A DNA stretch of 63,189 nt, the filler included, from Guillardia theta CCMP2712 (lineage: Eukaryota > Protista > Cryptophyta), in NCBI RefSeq assembly GCF_000315625.1. It is 3 parts of 3 records of this genome, joined end to end, with 100 filler letters (N's around TTAATTAATTAA, not from the genome) between each part and the next. Parts side by side here need not be neighbours in the genome. Positions count along the whole stretch, not along the records: positions 1 to 30,284 come from NW_005434638.1; 2 more parts are not named here. The stretch is one strand, 5' to 3'. Under the pieces are notes generated by a model. That model ran no database searches, was not told the DNA's origin, and worked only from the letters and a program-made list of their open reading frames with translations. The number at the start of each line of letters is the position of its first letter. Position 1 is the stretch's first letter. Made by a program: the position numbers and the translations under genes. Below are positions 11,046 to 24,180 of the stretch, piece after piece.

Positions 11046-14000
11046 ATGGGCAAGGGAAAGAGGGACGACGGCGACTTGAGGACTAACTTGCTGGAAGACT
11101 CCAACGGACATGCCGAATGGGGCAGCAACGGAGCAGCGGCTGCCAACAAGTCGGACGATTTTGATATCTCCAACGATGAGGGTGGGGGGGAGAACCACCA
11201 GAGCACAGAGGACGCTGCAGCACAGAGGAAGAGGAACGTCCGCTTCTACACGTCCTCGTCTATCCCCTCCGACGTCGGCAAGGGCCCGGAGCTGGAGTCA
11301 CTGGACTTCGACACCATCAACAACCCTTACTGGGTTGATCTCTCGCGCAGACCCCCGAGGAAGTTCTTCGGGTACACGGGGAAGACTTTCACGCGGTGGA
11401 CACTGTCCATCCTGATCGGGCTGTTCGTGGCCTTGACCGGAAACTTCATCGCGTTCATGATCGAGAATCTGAGCGCGGTCAGGAACAGCGTTCTTCAAAG
11501 CCTCTTCGACTCGGAGCAGCCTGACTCGCACGCCTTCGTCTTCTTTGTCCTCTACAACGGGGCCCTTGTGCTCATGGGAGCGCTGCTGACGGCCACGGTG
11601 GAGCCGGCAGCGGCGGCGGGAGGCATACCTGAGATCAAGGCTTATCTCAACGGAACTCATGTGAAGAACTTCTTGCGGCTGCGAGCCATCTTCGTCAAGG
11701 TCGTCGGGACGATCCTGTCGGTGGCGAGTGGGATGGCGTGCGGGCAGGAGGCTCCGATGATTCACATCGGAGCCGGGATCGCGTCCGGCCTGACGCGAGG
11801 GGAGAAGCATTTCAGGAAGCTGATGTGCTTCAAGCTCTCCAAGCCCAAGAAGTTCGAGNNNNNNNNNNNNNNNNNNNNNNNNNNNNNNNNNNNNNNNNNN
11901 NNNNNNNNNNNNNNNNNNNNNNNNNNNNNNNNNNNNNNNNNNNNNNNNNNNNNNNNNNGCCTCCCGTCCTCCTCCTCCTCCTTTACCTTCCTCCTCCTCC
12001 TCCTCCTCCTCCTCCTTCCTTCCTCCTCCTCCTCCTCCTCCTTTACTCCTCCTCCTCCTCCTCCTCCTCCTCCTCCTCCTCCTCCTCCTCCTCCTCTTCA
12101 ATCTCATCCTCTTGCCTTCAATCTCTCCCTCTTCTGCTGCACCTACCTCCTCCTAACCTTGCTCCTTATGCTTCATCGCCCCCTTTACCTCCACCCCTTG
12201 ACCTGATCGTCTTCCTTGCGCTCTTTCACCCTCCCCTTGCTCCCATCTACCAATGCCGTCTTGCTCTCGCTGGCTTCTACTGACTTTTCAACCCTCCTAC
12301 TTGCAGTTCATCTGTGCAGGAGCAGGAGCGGGGATGGCTGCAGCCTTTGGGGCTCCGGTGGGGGGCGTCCTCTTCGTCTTGGAGGAAGCTGCTTCCCACT
12401 GGTCCCCCCAGCTCATATGGCGAGTCTTCGCAGCCGCGCTGGTCGCGACCTTCACCCTCGCCTTCGTCAAGGCAGGGGAGAACGGAGGAGATATCTCGCT
12501 TGCTGGCCTCCTTTCCTTCGGTACCGTCCAGTCCGTGGAGGACATGAAGCGGCAGCTGGTCAGCTCGGACGGCTCAGTCAAGGTGAGCGCGGTCGACGCT
12601 CCTGTCTACTGGTGGGAGATCGTCTTCTTCGCACTGGTGGGGGTAGGAGGAGGGATCCTCGGCGGGCTGTGGGACCTAGCATGGAACGCGATCGCGCCCT
12701 TCCGGCCCAAGGGTCGCGTCATGCGCGTGGTGGAGGTAGTCATGGTGTCGGTCTTCACGTCTGCGGTTGTCTTCTCGCAGGCCTACTCCTACCCGCAGTG
12801 CCGCAACAACGGGTCCTGGAGCTGCCGGGACAGCGAGAACTGGGGGGACTGGTGCGGGGGGCCCCAGGACAACTCGACCTGCTCCGGGGCCCGGGCCAAG
12901 TGCGTGAACGCGTCCGGATGGGTCTGCCAGGGAGGAGAGAACTCAGGGAAGGCCTGCAGAGGGAGGGGAGACTGCGAGTGGCGCGGGGGGGTGTGCATGC
13001 CGATGGAGACGGAAGAGATCTTCGGGGTGCGCCTCGGGTGCCCCGTCGGGCAGTACGACGAGCTGGCGACCATCTTCTTCGGGACGCGGGAGCAGTCGAT
13101 CGTGCGTCTATTCACACAGGCATCTCCCCGCGAGCCCTTCAGCAACAGCTCCCTCACCATCGCCGGGCTGACCTACATGGTCCTCATGCTCTTCACTTAC
13201 GGCTGCGCCATTCCCGCCGGACTCTTCATGCCCTCCGTCATGGTGGGCGCGTGCCTGGGGAGGCTAGTGGGGCAGCTAGTCAAGCAGTACGTCGAGAGCT
13301 CGGTCTTCAGCGGGGCGTACGCGCTGGCAGGAGCAGCGGCGATGCTGAGCGGGGTGCAGCGGGCGACGATCTCACTGGTCGTGATCATCATAGAGGGGAC
13401 GGCCAACGTTCACTTCCTCCTCCCCATCGTCGTCACGACCTGCACGGCGAAGCTCGTCGGGAACCTCTTTGGGCACGAGGGAGTGTACGAGATCGGGCTG
13501 AGGAGGAAGAAGCTCCGGTTCCTCGAGCACGAGCCGCACTGGATGATGGACCTCTGCACTGCAGGAGACGTCATGTCGACCCCGGTCGTCTGCCTCCCGG
13601 TGGTGGCCAAGGTCGGAGAAATCATAGAGAAGCTAAAGGGTTGCGGGCACAACGGCTTCCCCGTGCTCTCCCTGACCGACGAGGGGGACGAGGGCGCAGG
13701 GCCGCGCCAGCAGCATGAGCGAAGTCCCGTCAACGACTGCAAGTTCGAGGGACTCATCCTCCGAGCTCAACTCCAGCACATGCTCGGAGCTAGGTGAATT
13801 CCCCCTCCCTTCCCCTCTAAACCCCCCCTCGCAGCGCCTACCTTCCACTGCTGCTCCTCTCCTCTCCTCTCCTCTCCTCTCCTCTCCTCTCCTCTCCTCT
13901 CCTCTCCTCTCCTCTCCTCTCCTCTCCTCTCCTCTCCCCTCCTCTCCTCTCCTCTCCTCTCCTCTCCTCACTCTCCGTTAGGTTCCTCGAGGACGGAGCT

Positions 14001-15200
14001 GATCCACAGGGCTTGTGGCATCGCATCACGTACGACAGTCTCGAGCATCTCTCGCTCGACGGCGATCCAGACATGTACGAGCTCATGGCATACAACAACC
14101 GACAAGGAGCCAGCGGACTGCAGGTCCTCCTCCTCCTCCTCCTCCTCCTCCTCCTCCGCCTGCCCTCCCTCTCCTTCCCTCCCTCATCTTTCCTCATCTA
14201 CCTCTTGTTTCATTTTCTTGGTTCACCAAGTTTCAGGCATGGGAATTTCGAGATTTCTCTCCTGAAGATCGCGAGAGATACGTGAACCTTGGCGCGTATA
14301 TGAATTGCTCCTGCTATACGGTCCTCTTTCCCTTCCCCCCTCACCACCACCATCTCCTCCTCCTCCTCCTGCTCCTCCTTCCACCACCTTATCCTCCTCC
14401 TCTTCCTCCTGCTCCTCCTGCTCCTCCTGCTCCTCCTGCTCCTCCTGCTCCTCCTCCTCATCCACCACCACCACCACCACCACCACCATTTCCTCAACCT
14501 CCTCCTCATCCTCCATCCACCACCTCATCATCCTCCACCACCACCACCACCATAACCTCATCCTCCCTTTCTCCTCCTCTCCTCCTTCTGTTCCTCCTCT
14601 CGGAATCATGATGGCAAGCAGGTACTGGAGAGCTGTCCTCTCTCCCGAGCATACAAGCTCTTTCGTAACATGGGCCTCCGCCATCTCCCCGTCGTTGACG
14701 TTCAGAATCGCGTGGTGGGCATGCTCGCTCGAGCCAACTTCTCAGAAGAGGTCAGTCTCTCCTCCGCGCCATCTCCCCTCCGTTGCTCCTTCCTCCTTAT
14801 TTCTCTTTTCTCCTCCTCCTCCTCCTCCTCATCATCATCATCATCATCATCATTATCATCACCATCATCATCATCATCATCCTCTTTGTTGACCAACTTG
14901 CCCCCCCAGGTGATTCATCAGGCCATGACCGTATACTACCACGACGACGAGATTCACCAGCATGCAAGCGAGGAAAAGAACCCGCGGCTCAAGGGATACG
15001 ACACGGTTACCTCCCTCTCTCCTCCTCCCCTCCCCCTTCCTACTCCCCTCCTCCTCCTCCTCCAGCTGACCATTTTCTGTTCTCAGGTCTCGCGGCAGCT
15101 CAACCGACACGCTCTCTACACGGAGGAAGGAGGATACATCGGAGGGCTTGTGACTACCTGGCAGACTCGTTTGGCCTTCCTGCTGCGAGGAGGGACGTGA
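11046..15200 (+). CDS. CLC chloride/anion transporter (CLC-6/7-like) with CBS domains; spans an assembly gap; extra 5' exons possible
   Basis: GGIPEIKAYLNG, GQEAPMIHIG, AAAFGAPVGGVLFVLEE, PAGLFMP, GVYE. CBS segments HNGFPV and MGLRHLPVVD. Confidence 0.93.
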
Positions 15201-15353
15201 GGGTAGAAGCAAAGTACATCATTCATTCATTCATTCCTCATCCTCCTCCTCCTCCACCTCCTCCTCCTGCCCCCTCTCCTCCATTAGCTACTTTCTTCGT
15301 GCTACTGCTCCTGCTGCTCTCCATTAAACTACATCTTACTCCCCGCCCTCTTC

Positions 15354-16357
15354 TTATCCTCGCTTCTTCTTCTTTGTGTTGGCCTGCGTGAAGCAATTCA
15401 GATTGAAGGAGCGGAAGGGGATGAGAGAGGGGCTGGCGAGATGGGAACAGGGATGGAAGACGGGGTGCAAGAGAATTGAGGAGGAGGAGGAGGAGAATGA
15501 AGAGCAGCAGAAGCAGAAGCAGCAGGGGGGGGAGGAGGAGGCGCTGCGGCCTGCAGGGGCAGGGGCAGCGGCAGCAGCAGAGGCAGCGGCAGCGGAAGCG
15601 GCAGCGGCAGCGGCAGCGGCAGCGGCAGCGGCAGCGGCAGCGGCAGCGGCAGCGGCAGCGGCAGCGGCAGCGGCAGCGGCAGCGGCAGCGGCAGCGGCAG
15701 CGGCAGCGGCAGCGGCAGCAGCAGCAGCAGCAGCAGGACCTCGCGCACAATTCTCTCGAGCTGGCGGAGGGTGGCGTTGTCGAGCTTGTCAATGTCAACT
15801 TCAAGCTCGTCGGGATCGTCGCCACTCTGACAAGAGGAGGAGAAGTCACGGAGAAGAGAGACAAAGTTTGTTGTTCACGAGCAGAGAGGATCGTATCATA
15901 GCAAGAAACATCTCCACCATACACGAGCACCAAAAGGTCTGATGTACTAGACAGCATCACGAGCAGCAAGACAGTCCTCAGGTGTTTCCATCTCTTCTCA
16001 TTGCTCACCTGCATCAGGATTTTGGAGTTCTTCTCGTGGATGAAAGAAACAACCTGAACATCATCGTTATCATCTCCCTGATATAATTCAAATCTCAAAC
16101 TCACCGATGCGAGGCGTTTTCCCGGCAGTTTGTTCATGCTCGCACTCAACTGCAAACCATTCAACTCCTCCTCTTCCTCCTCCTCCTGTCTTACCTCCCT
16201 CTTCTCCTCATACGTCATAGGCACGTTGTCAAGAGATGAATCTTCACTTCCAGCCTTACCTGCATGAAGGAGAGGAGGGAACGAAGTCGAGAGGTTCAGA
16301 AAGAAGTGATGATGATCAGGGAAGGATGCGATCGGACAAGAACGGGAGCAGAGGAAG

Positions 16358-16424
<67 letters not shown>

Positions 16425-17135
16425 ACATGCGAGCAACTAAGAAAGAACGGAGAGGAGTGCCTCTCACTCTTTGTGCTCTCAGACGCGGACCCAGCATTGT
16501 TGTAGGCGTCCATGATAATTCCCTCGTTCTGACTCCACTTCCCCTCGAACAGAACCTTGAGAGTCTTGGCCATGACGTGGACGTCGTGACCCTCAGGGTT
16601 GTAAGTCATCGCGTTCCTGAAGACTAGCAGGACGTCGTCCTTGAACTGCTGCGGGTTCGCCAGCACTCCCTTCTCAAGGTTTGATTTCACAGTACTGAAG
16701 ACCATCGTCATCGTCATCGTCATCGTCATCCCAATCTCATCATCAATTTCTTCAACATCATCTCCATCGTGATCATCGCAATCTTTGTTGACATTTTCAT
16801 CATTCTACTACATGAAAGAAGCATGCAGACAAGAGGGAAATGGTCTCAAAAGCTACAACACATCCCTGCTTCCAACGTGTAGTAGAGCACAACAGCCTTA
16901 CCCGAGGTCCATCGGGCGTTTGATCACGATGTGATAGTCCGGAAGGCCCAATTTCTCAGCGTCAACAGGTTCATTGAAGACCCAGCTGTTGGGATGCGCT
17001 GAGAGTTGCTTGAGGATGTTTCCGCACTTCTTCACCCACCCAGGTTTCGACATCTGAGGAGCATGTACCATCATCAGGCATGCTTCAGCACAACCCTTGA
17101 GCATTCAATGGTGATGACCCGCTCCCGTCTACAGC
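15354..17135 (-). CDS. Bromodomain + ET(NET) domain protein (BET/GTE-like); 5' end uncertain
   Basis: [49 protein letters not shown] domain [18 protein letters not shown]...[18 protein letters not shown]. Confidence 0.92.
15565..15735. repeat. (GGCAGC)n intronic hexanucleotide tract
   Basis: Near-perfect hexamer run inside the last intron of the BET gene. Confidence 0.9.
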
Positions 17136-18096
17136 ATGTCCGTTTCTGATCCTGCTCCTCTCTGCTATTCCATGCCCATCATTTCTGCCTCTCCCCCTCA
17201 TGCTCTTCATCTCGCCATCTACCAATGATCTACACAGCTCCTTCTAATCTTCTGTCAACTCAACGCACCCTAACCACACATCTCCCTTTCCATGTCCTTT
17301 TCTCTCGTCTCTCTTTCCTTCCTCTTCTCCGTCCCACCCCCATTCCCTCTACCTTCCCACTTTCTCCCTTCACTTCAACCCGCCTCCTCTCCCCTAACAC
17401 TCCCCATCCCCTCTCCTCTCCTCCCTCTTCCTCTTCCCTCTCCACCACCTCCTCTTGCTCTGCTGTCTTATAGTCTTCCCTCCTCCCCCTCCTCTCTCCC
17501 TCCTCCCCCTCCTCCCTTCCTCCCTTCCCTTCCCCGCTCCCATTTTACCTTGTTGCTTTTTAAACTACCCCCATCCACGAACTATCCTCCTAGCTCTTGT
17601 CTACCCCTTATCTACACCCAAAGATACTGTAAAATGTACCGGTACTTTGTAGCAGTGCCTGTACCCCACCCTGCCTCATCACTAAAACTGGGTACTTTTG
17701 TACTGAACTATGCGGGATAGCGATCGGGGGAGGGTACGAGGAAGGAGGAGGAGGAGAATGCAAGTAGCAGACGGTAGCGAGTGTTAGGGTGCATGGAAAG
17801 AAAACTCTAGAGGAGGAGGAGGAGGAGGAGGAGGAGCAGGAGGAGGAGCAGGAGGAGCAGGAGGAGCAGGAGCAGGAGTAGGAGATGAAGACGATGCGGC
17901 TGGAGTGCAGCAAGTGTAGCAGAAATAGCGGGAGAAAAGATTGTTCTCCGTTTTGAACTTTTCTACTCCAGGAAATGTGAGGATTGGCTCTCAAGTTCAC
18001 TCGCTCACTCGCCCCGAGCGGTCGGAGAGATTCATGTCATGAGCAGCATTTCATGGGGATAGACTTGTCTGCTGGATGAACGAATGATAGCCTTTC

Positions 18097-19539
18097 ATGG
18101 CATCATATTCTGCTATTGCTGCTAAGATCATGAAGTCCTTTCGCAGCGTTTTTCTCGTCTGCTCAATTCTGCTCTTTTTCTGTCTGGGTCATTCATCTTC
18201 GGATGATAGCAACAGCAGCAAACTCCAGGATAGGCAAGGGAAGGAAGCATATGCGACTTTGATAACCACCAAGGAGTACATACAAGTACGTAGTCTCCTC
18301 TCCCCTCCTCTCTCCTCTCTCCTCTCTCCTCCCTCCTCCCTCTTCGCTCCTACTCCTACTCCTACTCCTTTACTTTTATCCGTCAGGGGGCGATCGTCCT
18401 GTCAAGGATCGTCAAGTCAACCGACGAGGAGAGACCTTTCATCGCCCTCGTCCTCGACGAACTTCTCCTCAACCTAGGAGGAAGCGCGATCAGGCGTACC
18501 CTCGAGGACAACGGGATAGAGGTCGTGCCTGTGCCTCGGGTCAAACGTCCGACAGGGGCAGGAGCCTTGAGTTACCCCAACTATGCCACCACCTACAGCA
18601 AGCTCTTCGTGTGGAACCTGACCGCCTACCGCCTCGTGCTGTACCTTGATGCTGACCTCCTACCTCTCAGCTCCCTTGCTCCCCTCTTCGATCGGGATGT
18701 CGACGTGGTCGCAGCTGTCCCTGACATCAGCCTCCCCGACCACTTCAACTCTGCTCTCGTCCTCCTTCGTCCTAACCTCCTCCACCTGCAGCGGCTCCTT
18801 GCGCTGTCTTCCTCCCTCGAGCCCTACGACGGGGGGGACCAGGGGCTGCTGAACGAGTTCTTCAACAACAACTCAGCATGGTACGAGTCGCACAGCTCCA
18901 ACCGCCTCGGCCTGGAGCTGAACCTGCCCGTCGTCCTGTCTCGCCTTCACCCTCGCTCGTGGCTACGGACGCTGCCGAGAGCCAAGGTGGAGGAGGAGCA
19001 ACGGTCCAACCTGCCCTCGTGCTTACTGAGTTCGCAGGTGATTCACTTCTCCGGTGGGCCCGACAGGAGGCCATGGGGGATTGCGGGAGCCGTCGACCCC
19101 TCAGTCGCAGCAGCGGCTTTAGTGTGGCATGCCGTGCTGTGCAAAAGATGCTTCGACGTGAACGGGACGAGGAGGAGCGGGAGGGCAGGAGGGCGGGGAA
19201 GCTGTTTAAGAGCAGACCAGGTTCGGAAGCTGATTGCGCTGCCTGTGAATAACGCCATGGTGCGTGATAGAAAACCTCCTCCTCCTCCTCCTCCTCCTCC
19301 TCCTCCTCCTCATCCTCATCCTCATCCTCATCCTCATCCTCATCCTCATCCTCATCCTCCTCGCTTCCCCTCTTCCCTCCTCCCTCCTCCCTCCTCCCTC
19401 CTCCCTCCTCCCTCCTCCCTCCTCCCTCCTCCTCCCTCCCAGTGCTCAGTGCCGTCTTACTGTGGCATCGCAGGCAGTCAGGTCCATGGGCCCTGCAGCC
19501 TTCAAGGCGAAGGTGAAGGAGATCCTGCAAGACGAGTGA
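18097..19539 (+). CDS. Glycosyltransferase family 8 (glycogenin-like), secretory pathway
   Basis: Hydrophobic N-terminus, EAYATL, YSKLFVWNLTAY, YLDAD (DxD motif), FNSA, YDGGDQGLLNEFF, VIHFSG..RPW. Confidence 0.9.
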
Positions 19540-20845
19540 CACTGGGTAGACTCACTAAGTTACGGCACTCCGCTCAACACACTGAATGGACTTTCAATCG
19601 GAACAGGGCCGGCCTCAGGGAGGAGCTTAGCGCGTCCGAGGCCGCGCTATCTACCAAAGTTGCCAAGTTTCAAAATTTGTTTGTACGGAGTCCCGGCGTA
19701 CTACCGTAAACTTACTAGTAGTCGCCGGTAACTACAGTGTCCGTACGGTCGTCCGATCACGCCGCCAGGACCCCCCGGCCCGCCGCCGGCCCGGCACTGG
19801 CCGTCCGATCCGCGGCAGCCGCCGGGGCCCCTGGCCCACTGGCCATGCGGCCCAGCCCCGCCGGGTGAAGTCCCGGCCGCCCGGCCCGGCAGGCCGCACT
19901 GCCGGCCCGGCGGCCGGCCGCGGCGATGCCGCCCGGCCGGGACCGTCCGATCCGACGGTCGTCCCGGCGGCGGGCCGGGCCGGACTGCGCATACCGTACT
20001 GAGTACTGAGTCACTCACTGTGATGATAGGCCGGGCTTGACTGTCGGCCCCGATCAGAGGCCGCGCAACGGAGACGTACTGGAAAGATCCGACGGTTACA
20101 ACAAACAACGTCTGACCGTTATGTCCGTTCCGACCCTCGTGCGAGAGTAACAAATATTATTAGTTTATAGAATAAAACTAAAATAAAGAAAAGCTACCCA
20201 ATATCATTGAACAGTAGTAATTCTGTACTGAAAGTGTTTGGATCCTGAAATATAAATTTCGGTAGAGAGAAGTGCCTTTCCGTACAAGTAAGTTGGATCT
20301 TCAGTTTTAATTTGTTCGAATATCAAGAATCTAAACAATCTCTTATTAAGATCTGATTTAAAAGAATACCACATAAAGAAAAACTGTACTGTCAATTCTA
20401 AAACTTCACTTATAATTCAATATATAAACATTTAGAAATTCCAACCCTCCCCACCCTCCACCCCCTTTCAAGCCGTCGGAAACACAAGGGGTACCCACCC
20501 CTCCATGTACCCTTTCAAATTACAGCAATTCAGTGGGTGCGAGTGACCACCCCCACCCCCAGTATATAGGGATCATACCCCCCGTTCCATCACCACCCCC
20601 ATTCCCTCCACCTCCTCCTCCTTCACGCCGGCCCCCCCTTGCTTCATCCTCCCTTCTCAGCGCTCGCTCGCTCTCCGCCTCCTCCTCTTCCTCCCCCACA
20701 CCCTTCCACACGTCAGGCTCGCTCTCTCCCTCCTCTCCTCGTCCTTCTCCCCACCTCCTGGCGATTTGTTGACCGCAACTCGGCGTTGTCCCTGGCTGTA
20801 GCTGTTGTTTCCACCGGTCCTCCCTCCCGTTCACCGCAGCCTCCA

Positions 20846-23440
20846 ATGCAGGCGGCGTTCTTTCTCCTCGCAGCACTCGCCTCGACGAGTGCTGTCATGG
20901 CACTCAAGTCGTCGGAAAGTCTTTCCTCAATCCAGAATGCCTTGCAATACTCTCAGGTACCTGGCCTCCATTTCATCGCTTTTTCGCCACCTCCGTTCTG
21001 TTACTTGTATCCTTGGCGTGTTGGCCATAGATCTCTTCCCTTATCCCCCGATCCTCGTTGATGCTCTCCCTCTATCCCGTGATCCCGTCGTGTCCCTCGC
21101 TTCCTCGCAATCCATGACAACCTTTGTCTTCCAGGGCATGGCCTACGTCGAGCGCACTGCTTTCGTTGGAGGGCAACTCGGCAGAGTGTCGTCGCTGAAC
21201 GCAGGAGCGGCTGTCTCAGCTCCTTCAGCTCCTCTCCGCGTCTCCTTCTGTCCTGTGGCGATGGAAGGCGGCAAGAACTGCATGCGGATGTACCCCCCGA
21301 GCCTCCGCGTCACAAGGTGGGGTGGAGCTCAGCGCAGCCGCCAAGTCGTCCTCCATGCTGGCAACCCCGAGCAGGTGCTGTGCGCCCTGCTGTTCGCGCA
21401 TTTCTATCCCTCACTCTTGCTCCTGCAGGAGCCGACTCCCGTCGAGGCTGAGGTCGTCAACGACGAGGTCTTCGACCCCCTCGGTCTGGGAGGAGGAGCA
21501 GGAGCCAGCGGCGATTTCGATGCGAACCTTGCTCAGAGGAATCTGTGGGAGGCCGTGAAGGTCCGTAGATGCTCTAGGAGAAGAGAGGGTAGAGCCGTTG
21601 GGCTGAGCAAGAGGTTGTCGGGGGGAAGGGGGAGAGGAGGAGGAAGAGTGGAGGAGGAGGAGGAGGGGAACTGAAGGAGGAGCAGCTCGGAGACACTGAG
21701 AAGATTGCCTTTGCCGTGAGCAAGGGAGCCGACATCAACCACAAGTACAGCGAGGAAGGAGACGCGTCTGCCATCCAGTGCGCTGCCTTGAACGGAAACA
21801 CTGATGCGGTCCTGCCCTCTCCCCTTCCCGTGTCGCCTTCGAGCTCCCTGTCCCTTCCCCCTCCGTCTCTCTCCCTCCCGCTCCTCTCTCCTCTCTCCCC
21901 TCTCTCCTCTCTCCCTCTCTCCTCTCTCCCTCTCCCCTCCGCCCTCCTCTGTCTTCCCCCCCCCCTCCCTCCTCTGCGTACCTGCCTTAATCGTCGTGCC
22001 ACAGGTGGCCAAGCTCGCATCGCTCGGAGCGAATGTCAACCAGTGCGACAAGTACAAGTGGACGGCTCTGCATGACGCGGTGAGAGGAGGAGGAGGCGAT
22101 GGGAGGGGCTGATTCCCTGCCAGGCCCTCAATGGGCACACGGAGACCGTGGCGAAGCTCGTGTCGTTGGGAGCTAAGGTAGAGGAGGAGGGGGAGGAGGA
22201 GCTGTAGATAAGTGAAGACATCAGGTTGACGCCAAGACTGACGTCGAGGATGATGCTCCTGGCGCTGGACTCCGTACCCCTCTGAGCAACGCCGCCATGA
22301 ACGGTGAGGAGGAGGATTGAACAGAGAGGGAAGGAGAAGGAGGAGGAGGAGCCTGATCGACTTTCTCTTGCAGGTCACACCGAGACTGTTCGCAAGCTTG
22401 TCTCTCTTGGAGCGAACGTGAATGTGAGGAGGAGAAGGAAGAGGAGGAAGAGAGGATGATGATTGCGAGCAGGAGAGGCAGAAGGATGGGTGGACTGCGC
22501 TTCACTTCGCTGCAAGAAACGGGTGGGAGGAGACGGTCGAGGCTCTGGTCAAGCTGGGCATCGGTGCGGCAAAATCAGGCCGCCAGCTGAGCTGAGAAGT
22601 TTTGACAGACCCAAATGTCAAGAATGACGTCGATATGACTGCCCTGGTAACGCTCCTGCTCTTCCCCCTCCCTCCCTGACCGTTTCCGCTCCCCCCTGTC
22701 TTCGTTTCTACTTGCATGGCTCCCTTCTTCTCGTCTCGTACTTACATGCCCTTCCCTTCAGCATTACGCCGCTTGGGATTCAACCATTGAGACCTGTCAG
22801 AAGCTCATCGACCTGGGTAGAAACTCCTCCTCCTCCTCCTCCTCCTCCTCCTCCTCCTCCTCCTCCTCCTCCTCTCATTTTTGTGTTTTAGGTGTCGATG
22901 TGAACCATAAGGCCAAGGGAAAACTTTCAGCGTTGGAGCTCGGTGAGTATTCGAACTCGCATGCTCGACCAGGTGCTGATGTCATTGCCCCCTCCTCTCC
23001 AGCCCGCAAAAGGAGACGTGAGCTAGCAGGAAACAAGATCGCTGAGCTCTTGGAGAAGTACTCTGACGTGGTAAGACACGCTAAGGAGAGGAGGACTCTG
23101 AACCGAGTCGCTAACGTGGTTCACAGGAAAAGCCGAGCATGGAGGATGAGTCGAGTCCGGTAAGAAGTTGAGGGAGGAAGGGAGATAAGTTGTTTACCGT
23201 CCTCTCCCTCCCGCAGAAAACTTGGGAAGAGTGGGCTCCTGCTGACCCTGAGTGGCGCAAGGTGACCTGATGCCCAGCCCCTCCTCCTCCTCCTCCTCCT
23301 CATGACTCCTCTCACGCTCTCTCTGTCTCTTCCGCCTCCCTTTGCCACTTCCAGCTGCCTCCCTCAGCTGATGCTGACCATGTTTGCAGCTTATCGCGAA
23401 CGATCCTTACGCACAGTCGATCACGGGAAGAGAAATCTAA
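20846..23440 (+). CDS. Ankyrin-repeat protein with bipartite (signal + transit-like) presequence
   Basis: MQAAFFLLAALASTSA then a Ser/Ala/Arg-rich segment. Ankyrin exons KGADINHK..SAIQCAALNGNTD, LGANVNQCDKYKWTALHDA, GWTALHFAARNGWEETVEALVKLG. Last exon LIANDPYAQSITGREI*. Confidence 0.85.
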
Positions 23441-24131
23441 ACATTACGAAGAACAGCCAAGAAGCCAGAAAACTCTCCTCCTCCTCCTCCCTCTCCCCCT
23501 CCTCCTATTATTGAGGTCAATACTCTTGCTGGAAATAAGGTTCCGCCGTCCTTCAGGACGGTGTAGTGAGGAGGAAAGGCAGACCGAGGAGATACTTTCT
23601 AAGAGAAAGAGTTGAGTTGTTTTCACGGATCAGTTTATTGTTGAGCTGAAGAAACAAAACAAGATATAATAACATTGATCTCCCTCTCTCTCTTCCTATG
23701 TACAAGGCAGCTTTGGCCCAATTTCACATCTCAACTTTGACGAACGAAGCTGTTGATCACATCATATGTACAAGCAAGTGCAAATTCAGCCTAGGTCATC
23801 ATAATCGTACTCATCATCATCTCCATTATAAAGAATCCAATCATCATCATCACCATCATTCCTTACATCAAGCGGTCTATAACATCCACTTAATCCCCTA
23901 ACTTCATCCTATCTCGTCGTCTCTCTATACATGTCGCTCACCATCACCATCACCATCACCGTCCTCATGCCTTGATGGACAACTCACACACAACATTTGG
24001 GTTCGATGAACTCACAGCAAAGATTGAAGCCGGCTTCTTTTGAAACCAAAGCCTGTAAAGAAAGTAAGGTCGATGTTGTAAACTACATCATCATCATCAT
24101 CATCATTCTCGATCATCATCATCAGCATCAG

Positions 24132-24174
<43 letters not shown>

Positions 24175-24180
24175 GTCATC

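Noticed and set aside
13633-16505. Poly-A, RC, QR, GEERR and poly-I ORFs in the track
   Set aside because: Translations of intronic microsatellites or antisense shadows of the CLC and BET genes.
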